Origin: Candidatus Babeliales bacterium
GTDB lineage: Bacteria; Babelota; Babeliae; Babelales; JANWKD01
DNA length: 64,000 nt
Direction of reading: 5' to 3'
NCBI GenBank assembly: GCA_963762115.1
Contig: CAVXJH010000007.1
Span: 64,001-128,000, forward strand
A program made the translations under genes and the position numbers. Shown in pieces: positions 1-10,642 of the stretch. The number at the start of each line of letters is the position of its first letter. The stretch's first letter is position 1. The notes under the pieces are model-generated. The model was not told where the DNA came from. It was given only the letters and a program-made list of their open reading frames with translations, and did no database searches.

Positions 1-540
1 ATTACCAATACCAAAAAGGGAAATCTGTTCACCTAACCACATAACAAACATGGCACCGATAGTTAAAGAGAGAACAAATATAATTCGAAAACTCCACCCT
101 GGCGTTAAAGCTAAATTATGGCTCTCCAAGTATAATGCATACGGAAAACTATACATAATACTTAAACCAAAGGTTAAATACCTTGTATATTGATTAATTA
201 TCTTTCTACCATAATCACCTTCCTTAATTAGTTGTTCTAAATAAGGAACAGTCATGCCCAACATTTGCATCATTATTGAAGCAGTAATATAAGGCGAAAT
301 ACCCAAAGCAAACAAGGTGGAACTTGCAAGAGATCCACCTGAAAAAATATCAAGATAACTAAGCAACCCACCTAAACTGGTTGCTTGCTTCATATATTCA
401 CCAAGAAGAGGAATATTAACTCCGATAACAGGAATATAACAACCCAATCTGGTGATAATTAAAACACCTAACGTAAAAAATAATTTTTTCCGTAGCTCGG
501 GTATGAGTAAAATGTTTTTAAAATTTTTTAAAAGTACCAC
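1..540 (-). CDS. secY: Preprotein translocase SecY (5' part, runs off the window)
   Basis: Manual translation from GTG at 540: MVLLKNFKNILLIPELRKKLFFTLG...RLGCYIPVIG...SLFALGISPYITASIMMQ-like; lies directly after rplO. Confidence 0.95.
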   Translation of the reverse strand, partial: MVLLKNFKNILLIPELRKKLFFTLGVLIITRLGCYIPVIGVNIPLLGEYMKQATSLGGLLSYLDIFSGGSLASSTLFALGISPYITASIMMQMLGMTVPYLEQLIKEGDYGRKIINQYTRYLTFGLSIMYSFPYALYLESHNLALTPGWSFRIIFVLSLTIGAMFVMWLGEQISLFGIGN

Positions 541-542
541 CC

Positions 543-992
543 TTAGCTCTCCTTAGTTATGTGTACTTCTCCACCGCATCGTTTAATTTCTTCAATAGCA
601 TTCTTACTAAAAGCATCTGCATGAACAACAAATTTTTTCGTAAGAGTTCCGTTTCCTAAAATTTTAATGGCAACATTACGTGGGCCCTTTATAAGACCTT
701 GTTCAAAGAAAGAATTTTTCGTGATTTGAGAACCAGCTTCAAAGGTTTTTTCTAAATCAGACAAATTTTTTATTACAAAGACAGTGCCAAATTCTTTATT
801 GTTGAAACCTCGTTTAGGCAAACGACGAATAAGAGTAGTTTGTCCACCCTCGAAACCAACGCGAACCCTTGAGTGTCCGCTTCTTGCCTTTTGGCCCTTA
901 TGGCCTCTGCCAGAAGTTCCGCCACGACTACCACCACGTCCAATTCTCTTCCTCTTTTTAACAAGTGATGTTAAATTACTTAGCTGCAACAT
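543..992 (-). CDS. rplO: 50S ribosomal protein L15
   Basis: RIGRGGSRGGTSGRGHKGQKARSG, GFEGGQ..RRLPKRGF. Confidence 0.97.
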   Translation of the reverse strand: MLQLSNLTSLVKKRKRIGRGGSRGGTSGRGHKGQKARSGHSRVRVGFEGGQTTLIRRLPKRGFNNKEFGTVFVIKNLSDLEKTFEAGSQITKNSFFEQGLIKGPRNVAIKILGNGTLTKKFVVHADAFSKNAIEEIKRCGGEVHITKES

Positions 993-1494
993 GGCTTCCC
1001 TTTATAATTTGCTCAATAGTTTTTCCTCTGAATCTTGCAATATCTTGAATTGTTCGCAATTTAGCCAAAGCATTTAATGTTGCTTTAACAACATTCAATT
1101 GATTTGAAGAACCAAGAGATTTTGCTAAAACATCTTTGACGCCCAAAACTTCCATAACAGAGCGAACAGGTCCACCAGCAATAACGCCTGTACCTTGATA
1201 TGCAGAACGAATAATCACTGTGCTTGAACCATGCTTACCAACAACATTATAAGGAATCGTTGTATTACGTAATGGTACAGTAATCAAGCTTTTGCGTGCT
1301 TTAACGGTTGCTTTTGCAATTGCCGATGACACTTCTTTACTTTTTCCTAATGCTAAACCAATGTTGCCCTTTTGATCACCAGAAATGACAAAAGCAGAAA
1401 AAGAAAATCTTTTACCACCTTTGGTAACTTTAGTAACCCTTCTAACACTGACAACTGCATCTAAAAAATCTTTTTCTTTATGACCTTCAGCCAT
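976..1494 (-). CDS. rpsE: 30S ribosomal protein S5
   Basis: RVTKVTKGGKRFSF, GTGVIAGG, AKSLGS. Confidence 0.97.
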   Translation of the reverse strand: MAEGHKEKDFLDAVVSVRRVTKVTKGGKRFSFSAFVISGDQKGNIGLALGKSKEVSSAIAKATVKARKSLITVPLRNTTIPYNVVGKHGSSTVIIRSAYQGTGVIAGGPVRSVMEVLGVKDVLAKSLGSSNQLNVVKATLNALAKLRTIQDIARFRGKTIEQIIKGSHVAAK

Positions 1495-1517
1495 TATTTC
1501 AATTCCTACCTTATAGA

Positions 1518-1871
1518 TTAGACTTGCAAACCACCATCTCTTAATCCATCAGCTAGGCATTTAACCCTACCATGGAAAAGATAACTTCCTCGATCAAAAA
1601 CAACAGCTTTAATACCTTTGTCTAAAGCTCTTTTTGCAAGCTCTAACCCTACAGCTTTTGCTTGTTCTTTTTTATCACCAGAAAGTGTTTTTAATTCAAC
1701 TGTTGAGCAACTTACAACAGTATTATGATTAGTATCGTCAATAATCTGTGCATAAATATTATTTATACTACGAAAAACAGATATTCTTGGTAACAGTTGC
1801 GTATTTAAACGGCTACGTACTCGACGTTTTCTTCGCACTGTTCTTTGTTTAATTTTTCTTTCTAAAGACAC
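1518..1871 (-). CDS. rplR: 50S ribosomal protein L18
   Basis: [31 protein letters not shown]. Confidence 0.97.
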   Translation of the reverse strand: MSLERKIKQRTVRRKRRVRSRLNTQLLPRISVFRSINNIYAQIIDDTNHNTVVSCSTVELKTLSGDKKEQAKAVGLELAKRALDKGIKAVVFDRGSYLFHGRVKCLADGLRDGGLQV

Positions 1872-1886
1872 GGCTATTTCCCATTA

Positions 1887-2426
1887 TTAAGATGATTTAG
1901 TTTTGCCAGCTTTACGGATTAACACTTCATGTTCTAATTTAATGCCAGTACCCTTGTAAGGCTCTGGTGGTCTTAATCCACGAATATGGCTACAAACTTG
2001 ACCTACCATCATTTTATCTGAACCTTTTACAATCAAAATCTGTCCAGTTTTATCAATATCAACAGTAATTCCAGCAGGTAATTCAAAGTCTATTTTATGA
2101 CTATACCCTAATGAAAAAACAAGTTTGTTGCCCGTTAATACCGCTTTAAAACCTAATCCAGTAATTATTAGTTTTTGTTCAAAACCAATATTAGCACCGA
2201 TGATTTTATTAGCTAACAAAGCTCGATTTAAACCCCAAATTCTATTGCCATCAGACGAACGAAGATCGGTTGTTAAAACAATCGTGTCGTCAGCTAGTTC
2301 AGCTTTTATCTCAGATGGTAAAACATGAACACCAGATGATTTTTTACCCTTAAAGTGCACTTCTTGCCCCTTAATATCAATCTGGACATCTTTTGAATTT
2401 ATTGGTCTTCTTCCAATTTTTGACAT
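1887..2426 (-). CDS. rplF: 50S ribosomal protein L6
   Basis: Start reassigned to MSKIGRRP; LGYSH, RPPEPYKGTGI. Confidence 0.97.
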   Translation of the reverse strand: MSKIGRRPINSKDVQIDIKGQEVHFKGKKSSGVHVLPSEIKAELADDTIVLTTDLRSSDGNRIWGLNRALLANKIIGANIGFEQKLIITGLGFKAVLTGNKLVFSLGYSHKIDFELPAGITVDIDKTGQILIVKGSDKMMVGQVCSHIRGLRPPEPYKGTGIKLEHEVLIRKAGKTKSS

Positions 2427-2436
2427 AATTTTATCC

Positions 2437-2832
2437 TTACCAGATCGAACAAATAACTTCACCGCCAACAGATAATTCTCTGGCTTTTTTATTCGTCATG
2501 ATGCCTTTATTAGTTGTCACAATTGAAATTCCCAACTTCCCAATCACAAATTTCATTTGTGATGCTTGCTCATAAACACGTCTTCCAGGCGTACTTTTAC
2601 GAACAATTTCGTGAATTACCGATTCACCATCAACATATTTTAAAAAGACTTTAACCAATTTTTTACTTGGTTCTTCTTCTAAAATTTCAAAATCTTTAAT
2701 GAAGCCTTCTTCTTTCAAAATTTTGACAATTTCCAATTTAAGTTTTGAATACGGAGCAACAACATTGCGCTTAGAAGCCATCAGTCCATTTCTGATGATT
2801 GTTAAAAAATCTCCGATAGCATCAATTGACAT
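2437..2832 (-). CDS. rpsH: 30S ribosomal protein S8
   Basis: DAIGDFLTIIRNG, STPGRRVY, VGGEVIC. Confidence 0.97.
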   Translation of the reverse strand: MSIDAIGDFLTIIRNGLMASKRNVVAPYSKLKLEIVKILKEEGFIKDFEILEEEPSKKLVKVFLKYVDGESVIHEIVRKSTPGRRVYEQASQMKFVIGKLGISIVTTNKGIMTNKKARELSVGGEVICSIW

Positions 2833-2850
2833 AATAGTCCTTTATCTCAT

Positions 2851-3036
2851 TTACCAGCTAGTTTTCTTAACACCAGGAAGCAACCCTCTTAGAGCGAGTT
2901 TTCTAAAACAAAGACGACACATCATAAATAAACGAATATATCCTCTTGGACGACCGCATAATTTGCATCTATTTCTTTGTCTTACTAAAAATTTAGGCGT
3001 TTTATTGGCCTTTTCAATTAACGCTTTTCTTGCCAT
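2851..3036 (-). CDS. rpsN: 30S ribosomal protein S14 (short Zn-binding type)
   Basis: 61 aa, [10 protein letters not shown]...MCRLCFR. Confidence 0.97.
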   Translation of the reverse strand: MARKALIEKANKTPKFLVRQRNRCKLCGRPRGYIRLFMMCRLCFRKLALRGLLPGVKKTSW

Positions 3037-3044
3037 TGCTTCCC

Positions 3045-3602
3045 TTAAACATTTTTAATTTTTTTAAACGGCATATTAAATCCTTTAAGCAGCTCCAGCG
3101 CATGTTCATCTTTACGCGCAGTAGTATGTATAGAAACATTAAGTCCGTATACGGTTTCACCTACACCCCTGTCTGCTTCAGGAAAAATTGACCATTCTTT
3201 TAACCCTATATTATAATTTCCATTACCATCTAACTTTAGCGGCAAACCCTGAAAGTCTCTAACATTAGGTAAGGCAAGATTGATAAGCTTATCAAGAAAA
3301 TTATACATATTTTCTTTTCTAAGCGTTACCATCACACCAAGAGGCATACCTTCACGAATTTTAAATCCAGCAATTGATTTTTTTGCCAACGTTCTCACTG
3401 GTGCTTGACCTGCAATACGTCCAATTGTATCAACTACAGTTTTTAAAATCTTACTATCATTTACAGCTTCTTTTACGCCCACATTAAGAACAATTTTAGA
3501 AATTGAAGGAACTTGCATAATATTATCAATTCCCAATTTTGTTTTTAATTCTGAACGTATTTTTTTATCATATAATTCTTTTAAGCGAGACTTCGGCATC
3601 AA
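3045..3602 (-). CDS. rplE: 50S ribosomal protein L5
   Basis: [30 protein letters not shown]. Confidence 0.97.
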   Translation of the reverse strand: MMPKSRLKELYDKKIRSELKTKLGIDNIMQVPSISKIVLNVGVKEAVNDSKILKTVVDTIGRIAGQAPVRTLAKKSIAGFKIREGMPLGVMVTLRKENMYNFLDKLINLALPNVRDFQGLPLKLDGNGNYNIGLKEWSIFPEADRGVGETVYGLNVSIHTTARKDEHALELLKGFNMPFKKIKNV

Positions 3603-3619
3603 ACATCCTTAAAAACAAG

Positions 3620-3931
3620 TCAAAAAATCTCTTTACAACGATTACAAACACGAGCTTTATTTTCATCAGCGGTAACTATAAAGTTAACACGTGATGGTTT
3701 ATTACAAGCTTTACATACAGGCATTACATTTGAAATATCAATATAACACTCTTTTTCTTTTATAGCTGATACTTCGCCCTGCTTACGAGCCTTGGTATGA
3801 CGTTTTACCATAACAAGACCTTGAATCATTACTTTACCTTTTTTAGGCAAAATATCAATTATTCGACCTTGCTTGTTTTTATCTTTGCCAGAAGTGATGG
3901 CAACGAGGTCATCTTTTTTTACATTCATCAT
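3620..3931 (-). CDS. rplX: 50S ribosomal protein L24
   Basis: KOW-like ITSGKDKNKQG, IDISNV; position after rplN. Confidence 0.96.
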   Translation of the reverse strand: MMNVKKDDLVAITSGKDKNKQGRIIDILPKKGKVMIQGLVMVKRHTKARKQGEVSAIKEKECYIDISNVMPVCKACNKPSRVNFIVTADENKARVCNRCKEIF

Positions 3932-3946
3932 GATAATAAATTTTCC

Positions 3947-4315
3947 TTAAACAACTTCTTGAGCGAGAGAACCAAATTTTTTATTAATACTTAATAGCTC
4001 TCTTGCAACAGGACCAAATAAGCGAGTGCCAATTGGCTCACCATCTTCTTTTTTGACAATAACGCCAGCATTATCACCAAATCGAACATAGCTTCCATCT
4101 TCACGACGAAACTCTTTTCTCGTTCTCACGATTCGAACGCGAACAACGTCCTTTTTTTTGACCATTCCACCAGGCATTGCAACTTTTACAGAACACATTA
4201 CTTCATCACCTAAATAAGCATAACGCTTATTGGTACTTCCGATAATGCGAATTACCATTAACTCTTTTGCGCCAGAATTATCAGCAACGACTAAATATGA
4301 AAGTTCTTGAACCAT
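3947..4315 (-). CDS. rplN: 50S ribosomal protein L14
   Basis: VADNSGAK, GTRLFGPVAREL. Confidence 0.97.
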   Translation of the reverse strand: MVQELSYLVVADNSGAKELMVIRIIGSTNKRYAYLGDEVMCSVKVAMPGGMVKKKDVVRVRIVRTRKEFRREDGSYVRFGDNAGVIVKKEDGEPIGTRLFGPVARELLSINKKFGSLAQEVV

Positions 4316-4328
4316 AGTCTTTACCTTA

Positions 4329-4604
4329 CTATTCTTTAGATTTCGTTTTTACAATACGAGATAAATACATATATTTATCTTTAGAGCGAGGGCTACCTTC
4401 ATATATTTCTACAACATCACCCTCTTGCGCACGGCCTTCTTCATCATGAACTTTATATCTTTTCGAAGTTCTTATAACCTTGTGTAATCGAGGTTCCTCA
4501 AAAGTTCGTTCAATTTTAACCACAATAGTTTTATCCATTTTATCGGATATTACTTCTCCGATCATGTACTTTTTTACTTTTTCAGCAGTTTCTTTAATAG
4601 CCAT
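4329..4604 (-). CDS. rpsQ: 30S ribosomal protein S17
   Basis: GEVISDKMDKTIVV, KVHDE. Confidence 0.96.
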   Translation of the reverse strand: MAIKETAEKVKKYMIGEVISDKMDKTIVVKIERTFEEPRLHKVIRTSKRYKVHDEEGRAQEGDVVEIYEGSPRSKDKYMYLSRIVKTKSKE

Positions 4605-4620
4605 CGATTACCTTTAATAG

Positions 4621-4830
4621 TTATGCAGCTTGTGCAGCATGATTTTTTTGACGTAAATATGTTTCTGCTCGTGCAATGTTTTTTCTTAATTTCACAAATT
4701 GTGAATAGTCTTTAACATGTGAGGTAGAAGCATTTAATTTTAAATTAAACAATTCACGTCTTAAAGATTCAATTTTATCTTTTAGCTGCAGTGCATTTAA
4801 TTCTTTAATTTCAACTTTTTCTTTATTCAT
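4621..4830 (-). CDS. rpmC: 50S ribosomal protein L29
   Basis: [16 protein letters not shown]; between rplP and rpsQ. Confidence 0.94.
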   Translation of the reverse strand: MNKEKVEIKELNALQLKDKIESLRRELFNLKLNASTSHVKDYSQFVKLRKNIARAETYLRQKNHAAQAA

Positions 4831-5245
4831 GATTTTCTTCTAGTTTTTTTACAAATCTTGTCTTCATAGGAAGTTTGTAAGCAGCTAAACGCAATAACTC
4901 TTTTGCTTCTAGCTCTGGCAACCCTTCAATTTCACAAATTATACGATTGCGCTTTACAACAGCAACCCAAAATTCAGGATTACCCTTACCTTTACCCATA
5001 CGAGTTTCTGCAGGTTTTTTGGTAATAGGCTTATCAGGAAAAATTCTTAAAATAATTTTTCCAACTTTTTTTAACTTCCGTGACATTGTTACACGAATAG
5101 CTTCAATTTGTTGAGCAGTCACCCATGCAGGCTCTACCGCTTGCAATCCAAATTCACCAAAAGTAACATCTTTTGCTCCTTTTGATAAACCCTTCATTGT
5201 TCCTCTTTGAACTTTTCGGTATTTAGTTTTTTTAGGCATTAACAT
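4823..5245 (-). CDS. rplP: 50S ribosomal protein L16
   Basis: [33 protein letters not shown]. Confidence 0.97.
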   Translation of the reverse strand: MLMPKKTKYRKVQRGTMKGLSKGAKDVTFGEFGLQAVEPAWVTAQQIEAIRVTMSRKLKKVGKIILRIFPDKPITKKPAETRMGKGKGNPEFWVAVVKRNRIICEIEGLPELEAKELLRLAAYKLPMKTRFVKKLEENHE

Positions 5246-5271
5246 GATTTAATTCTTCCAATCAAAAAGTT

Positions 5272-5904
5272 TCAAATTAGTCGGAACTCACCTTTACAAA
5301 TCCAAACCTTTACTCCAATAATGCCATAGGTGGTTTTTGCCTCAGCAAAACCATAATCAATATCCGATCGCAAAGTATGTAAAGGAACTGAACCAACTCG
5401 CGTCCATTCAGAGCGAGCGATTTCTGCGCCACCCAAACGACCCGAACAGCAAATTTTTATTCCTTTTGCACCACTACGCATACTTGTAGCAGCAGCTCGT
5501 TTCATAACTTGTTTAAAATTAGCGCGCTTTTCAAGCTGAGATGCGATGTTTTTTGCAACCAAGGTTGCATCAAGTTCGGGATTCTTTATTTCTTGTACCG
5601 AAACATCTACACTTGCTCGCTTTGTTAACTTCGCTAACTCTTTTCGTAGATTTTCTATTTCCTGGCCCTTTTTACCAATTACAACGCCAGGACGAGCTGA
5701 ATGAATGATTACGCGAACATTATCACCAGCTTTTTCAATTTCGATGCGAGAAACTTCAGCAGCATCAAAAAAAGATTCAAGATATTTTCTAATCGCTAAG
5801 TCTTCAAGTATTTGTTCGCCATATGATTTTCTTGCAAACCAACGAGCATCCCAATCTCGATATACACCTAAACGAAATCCTATCGGATGAACTTTTTGTC
5901 CCAC
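5272..5904 (-). CDS. rpsC: 30S ribosomal protein S3
   Basis: GTG start at 5904, [35 protein letters not shown]. Confidence 0.97.
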   Translation of the reverse strand: MGQKVHPIGFRLGVYRDWDARWFARKSYGEQILEDLAIRKYLESFFDAAEVSRIEIEKAGDNVRVIIHSARPGVVIGKKGQEIENLRKELAKLTKRASVDVSVQEIKNPELDATLVAKNIASQLEKRANFKQVMKRAAATSMRSGAKGIKICCSGRLGGAEIARSEWTRVGSVPLHTLRSDIDYGFAEAKTTYGIIGVKVWICKGEFRLI

Positions 5905-5905
5905 T

Positions 5906-6253
5906 CTATGCCTCTCTAACATTATTTTTTAAAACAATACATGTCAAATGACTAAAACGCTTTCTCAAAACAGTAGGTCGTCCCATTGCACCTGGTTTGA
6001 AATAACGGAACATAGGACCCTGATCAACACGAAAATCCTTGATAATAAGATTTACTGCATCAAAATTGCCCATGTCCTTAGCGTTGGCAACAGCAGATCT
6101 CAGCACCTTTTCAATAGGCCTAACACGTTGGGTTGGATAAGTTGCAAGCCAATCTAAGGCATAACGAGCATTTTTTCCTCGAATCACATCAACTATAGGC
6201 CTTAATTTATAAGGCGAATATTGTATGTACCTTGCTTTTGCTATAAATTGCAT
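5906..6253 (-). CDS. rplV: 50S ribosomal protein L22
   Basis: SPYKLR..DVIRGK, SAVANA, VDQGP, PGAMGR. Confidence 0.96.
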   Translation of the reverse strand: MQFIAKARYIQYSPYKLRPIVDVIRGKNARYALDWLATYPTQRVRPIEKVLRSAVANAKDMGNFDAVNLIIKDFRVDQGPMFRYFKPGAMGRPTVLRKRFSHLTCIVLKNNVREA

Positions 6254-6280
6254 TTTTTATTTCCTTGTACTCACTATAAA

Positions 6281-6565
6281 TTATGCGCCAGCAGCGCCAG
6301 CTTTTCGCTGACCACTATGCAATCTAAAAGTCCTGGTCGGAGAAAACTCTCCAAGATAATGTCCTACCATATTTTCAGTTATGAAAACAGGAATAAATTT
6401 TTTCCCATTGTGCACAGCAATAGTTAATCCAACAAATTCAGGGATAATCATACTACCACGCGACCAAGTTTTAATCGCATCTCTTTTACCACTAACTTTC
6501 AAGCGATTAACTTTTTCTAAAAGCGATTCCGCTACAAATGGACCTTTTTTTGTCGATCTTGCCAT
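6281..6565 (-). CDS. rpsS: 30S ribosomal protein S19
   Basis: [29 protein letters not shown]. Confidence 0.97.
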   Translation of the reverse strand: MARSTKKGPFVAESLLEKVNRLKVSGKRDAIKTWSRGSMIIPEFVGLTIAVHNGKKFIPVFITENMVGHYLGEFSPTRTFRLHSGQRKAGAAGA

Positions 6566-6588
6566 TTTTTATCTTTCAAATTAGGTGG

Positions 6589-7404
6589 TTATTTGCGTCT
6601 TTTAAGAACTAAAGGATTTTTTCTTTTTCTTGTTCTTGTTCCCTTAGCGCCTTTACCCCAAGGACTTCGAGGATGTGAACCAGATTTTGAACGTCCTTCA
6701 CCACCACCATGAGGGTGATCAACAGGGTTCATAGCCATACCACGAACAGAAGGCCTGAAACCCATATGTCTTTTACGACCAGCTTTACCAATAACTATAT
6801 TTTTATGGTCAGCATTACCCAATTCACCAATTGTTGCCCAGCAATCCAAACCTATAAGTCGAATTTCTCCAGAAGGCATCTTTAAAGTGGCATATTCATC
6901 GCCCTTTGCAACCAATTGAATAGAAGTGCCAGCGCTTCGCGCTAACTTGCCACCTGATTTTGGTGTAATCTCCACGTTGTGTATAGTAAAACCAACGGGA
7001 ATATTACGCAACGGCATAGAATTACCAACTTTTACTTCTGCATCTTCACCAGCATAAATAGGTGCGCCAATATTAAGTCCAACAGGCATTAAAATATACT
7101 GCTTTGAGCCATTTTGGAAAAACACCAAGCCAATATGAACACTTCTATTTGGATCATATTCTACTGCAACAATTTTTCCTGGAACATTTCTATCCAAACG
7201 CTTAAAATCTACAACACGATACTTCCGTGCAGCACCACCGCCACGATGACGAGTAGTTATACGACCGTAGGCGTTTCTTCCGCCTCTTTTTCTTAACCCT
7301 TTAACAAGAGACTTCTCTGGTTTTTTTTTCGTCAAATCACTTGTATCAACGAAAGTTTGGAACCGCAGAGAAGCACTCCTAGGCTTTCTTCTAATAATCG
7401 GCAT
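6589..7404 (-). CDS. rplB: 50S ribosomal protein L2
   Basis: EYDPNRS, RGMAMNPVDHPHGGGEGR. Confidence 0.98.
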   Translation of the reverse strand: MPIIRRKPRSASLRFQTFVDTSDLTKKKPEKSLVKGLRKRGGRNAYGRITTRHRGGGAARKYRVVDFKRLDRNVPGKIVAVEYDPNRSVHIGLVFFQNGSKQYILMPVGLNIGAPIYAGEDAEVKVGNSMPLRNIPVGFTIHNVEITPKSGGKLARSAGTSIQLVAKGDEYATLKMPSGEIRLIGLDCWATIGELGNADHKNIVIGKAGRKRHMGFRPSVRGMAMNPVDHPHGGGEGRSKSGSHPRSPWGKGAKGTRTRKRKNPLVLKRRK

Positions 7405-7426
7405 TTTTATTTACCCTTAATATACA

Positions 7427-7789
7427 TCATTCTTTTGTTTGTTCTGTAGCACCAAAAGATAAGTTTTGTTCCGTCATTACACCCCCAACACCTTGTTGAG
7501 TAAGTGTATCAAAAGATTGAGAATCTTTCAATGTGACAATTGCGCGTTTAGTTAAAACTCCTTTTGATTCAGTTTTTTTGAATCTACGAATTTTACCTTT
7601 ACGTGCACTTGTATTCACGCTTTTAACTTTTACATTAAATAATTTCTCAAGTGCTTCAGCAATCATAGGCTTTGTAGCTTCTGGATGAACTGAAAAAGTT
7701 ATCTTTTTTAAATTATTAAGCAGCTTGGAAGCTTTTTCAGTAACAATTGGACCACGTATAATATCATAAATAGTTAATTTTAATCCCAT
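7427..7789 (-). CDS. rplW: 50S ribosomal protein L23 (with C-terminal extension)
   Basis: PIVTEKA, LFNVKVKSVNT, KRAIVTL. Confidence 0.95.
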   Translation of the reverse strand: MGLKLTIYDIIRGPIVTEKASKLLNNLKKITFSVHPEATKPMIAEALEKLFNVKVKSVNTSARKGKIRRFKKTESKGVLTKRAIVTLKDSQSFDTLTQQGVGGVMTEQNLSFGATEQTKE

Positions 7790-8439
7790 TTTGAAACCAT
7801 TTCTTTAAAAGAATCTATGTCTTTTTGTAGAACAAGCCAATGACCCCCATTCACTACATCAAACGCATTAGCTTCGTCAAAAAACAAAACCTGAACATTT
7901 GGAATATTAATAAACGAAGAATAATTCAACACATCGTTCATTGATAAGAATAATGTTAATTTTTTATCAAGCAACCCAAGGCCATTCAAAAGTGAATACG
8001 CTTCTCTAGTTGAAGGCTTAATTGTTGGCAGCTGCCATGATAAAAGATGAATATTACCCGACTCAAGATAATTCCAAAAAAGGGAATTCATAACATTTTT
8101 TTTAAGTTTCTTGGAAATTTTTAGCGTACGTGTTCTTGGTTGCGGGCCAAAAGTAATACCGCCACCACGCCACAAAGGAGATCGAGCAGACCCTGCACGA
8201 GCTCTTCCTGTACCTTTTTGTTTCCAAGGTTTTTTGTTGGAGTAACTTACTTCAGAGCGATCTTTAACGCCTACTGTACCTTGTCGCCAATTTTGCAACA
8301 ACGTACGAACCCAAATAGAAAAACCAGTAGGATTTACTGCTCTTTTTTCAAATTCAATCCCTAAGTTTTCTGCAGTAAGCTGAGTCATAACTGACTCATG
8401 TTGATTTTGTTTTGTTTGCATTTTATTTTGAGCACACAT
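7780..8439 (-). CDS. rplD: 50S ribosomal protein L4
   Basis: RQGT..KDRSEV, KKPWKQKGTGRARAGS.RSPLWRGGG..FGPQPR; start codon uncertain. Confidence 0.96.
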   Translation of the reverse strand: MCAQNKMQTKQNQHESVMTQLTAENLGIEFEKRAVNPTGFSIWVRTLLQNWRQGTVGVKDRSEVSYSNKKPWKQKGTGRARAGSARSPLWRGGGITFGPQPRTRTLKISKKLKKNVMNSLFWNYLESGNIHLLSWQLPTIKPSTREAYSLLNGLGLLDKKLTLFLSMNDVLNYSSFINIPNVQVLFFDEANAFDVVNGGHWLVLQKDIDSFKEMVSKWD

Positions 8440-8446
8440 TGTTTAC

Positions 8447-9069
8447 CTATACTTTTCGCATGAAAACCAATGAGCCAGATCCACCAGGAATCGATCCCTT
8501 AACAAACAATATCTTTGCTTCTGGTTCAACTTTAATAACTTCAAGGTTTTTCATAACTCTTTGCACATTGCCTAAATGACCTGGCAATTTTTTACCTTTG
8601 ATAACACGACCCTTTGATCTCATAAAACCAATAGAACCGGGTATTCTACCAAATCGTGGACCGTGACTCGCACGACCACCGGTAAATCCATGACGCTTTA
8701 CCACGCCTTGAAAACCATATCCTTTTGTTGTGCCAAAAACATCAACTTCTTCACCAACATTAAATACGTACTGAAAAATCAACCGGTTGCCCAACAGAAA
8801 TATCTTGAGCAAAATCATACTTATCAATTTCTTTTAGTATGCCGAAGATATCTATTAGTATTTTTTAGCCAAAGATCGGAAAACGTTTTTCCAATGTATT
8901 TTTTTCTGAGCGAGCCAACTTGTATAGCATCATAACCATCACGATCAACTGATTTTATACCTGTCACAAACCAGTTACTGTAATCTATTGCAGTAACAGG
9001 AACCACTTTGTCTTTGTCAGAAAAAATCTGGGTCATTCCGATTTTTTTACCCACGATACTTTTTGCCAT
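8447..9069 (-). CDS. rplC: 50S ribosomal protein L3 (two apparent +1 frameshifts near 8833 and 8770, probably sequencing errors)
   Basis: GKKIGMTQIF, DGYDAIQVG in one ORF; GTTKGYGFQGVVKRHGF, GKKLPGHLG, VKGSIPG in another; the linker reads through the third frame. Confidence 0.93.
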
Positions 9070-9087
9070 TGAATGACCTTTCTCAAT

Positions 9088-9393
9088 TTATCTAATTTCA
9101 ACATCAACACCAGATGATATATTCAAGTTCATAAGAGCATCCATAGTTTGATCAGACGGTGAAACAATGTCCAAAACTCGTCTATGAGTCGTTAACTCAA
9201 ATTGTTCTCGTGATTTTTTATCAACGTGCGGTGATCGCAATACCGTAAAACACTGTTGTTTATTAGGAAGAGGAACAGGACCCATAACGAGAGACCCTGT
9301 TCTTTTTGCCGTTAAAACAATTTGTTTTACTGCTTTATCTAACAACTGATGATCATATGATTTTAAAGTTAAACGTATTTTTTGTTTTTTCAT
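9088..9393 (-). CDS. rpsJ: 30S ribosomal protein S10
   Basis: [25 protein letters not shown]. Confidence 0.98.
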   Translation of the reverse strand: MKKQKIRLTLKSYDHQLLDKAVKQIVLTAKRTGSLVMGPVPLPNKQQCFTVLRSPHVDKKSREQFELTTHRRVLDIVSPSDQTMDALMNLNISSGVDVEIR

Positions 9394-9402
9394 CTAATAT
9401 AC

Positions 9403-10600
9403 CTACTTATTTAAAATTTCAGTTACAACACCAGATCCAACAGTTCTACCACCTTCACGAATAGCAAAACGTAAGATCTTTTTCCATCGCAATAGGAGAA
9501 ATCAATTCAACCGTTAATATCAACGTTATCACCAGGCATAACCATTTCACGACCCGCTGCCAAAGTAACAATACCAGTAACGTCTGTGGTTCTGAAATAA
9601 AACTGTGGACTATATCCATTAAAGAATGGGCTATGACGTCCACCTTCATCTTTTGATAAGAATATAAGCTTGACATTTGAATTTTTGATGAGGATTAATG
9701 GTACCTGGTTTTGCAATAACCATACCACGTTCAATATCTTCTTTTTTAACACCACGAAGTAATAATCCTAACGTTATCACCAGCTTGACCTTCTTTAAGT
9801 TCTTTACTGAACATTTCAACACCAGTTACTGTTGTTTTGATAGTACTACCAAATCCAACAATTGCAACTTCTTCGCCAACTTTAACTCTTCCGCGTTCAA
9901 CTCTTCCTGTTGCAACAGTACCACGGCCAGAAATTGAGAATACGCCTTCAACTGACATTAAGAATGGTTTATCAACTTCACGAGCAGGCTCAGGAATAAA
10001 AGTATCAACTGCATCCATTAATTTTTCAATAGCTTGAACACCAATTTCACTTTTATCGCCGCTCAAAGCTTTAAGTGCAGAGCCTCTGATAAAAGGAATT
10101 GTGTCGCCAGGGAAATCATATTTATTAAGCAAGTCTCTGATTTCTTCTTCAACCATGTCGATCATTTCAGAATCATCAACCATGTCTACTTTATTTAAGA
10201 AAACAACTAATGCAGGAACGCCAACGTTTTTTGCAAGAAGAATATGTTCACGTGTTTGAGGCATAGCACCATCAGCAGCAGAAACAACCAAAATCGCACC
10301 GTCCATTTGCGCAGCACCGGTGATCATGTTTTTTACATAATCAGCGTGACCAGGACAATCAACGTGAGCATAATGACGCTTTGCAGTTTCATATTCAACA
10401 TGTGATGTTGCAATGGTAATACCACGCGCTTTTTCTTCAGGCGCATTATCAATTTCATCAAAAGCTTTAGGTGTCGCGAGACCCTTGCTTGCTTGAACAG
10501 AAGTAATTGCCGCTGTTAATGTTGTTTTACCATGATCAACGTGACCAATAGTTCCAATATTTACGTGCGGTTTTTTTCGTTCAAATATTTCTTTTGCCAT
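9403..10600 (-). CDS. tuf: Elongation factor Tu (four apparent +1 frameshifts near 9769, 9657, 9515, 9472)
   Basis: [28 protein letters not shown]; the C-terminal pieces [20 protein letters not shown] and [14 protein letters not shown] are in successive frames; 1198 nt minus 4 = 398 codons. Confidence 0.95.
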
Positions 10601-10642
10601 TGTAAATTCTCCCAACGGTAGTTTCTACACTATTAAACAATA

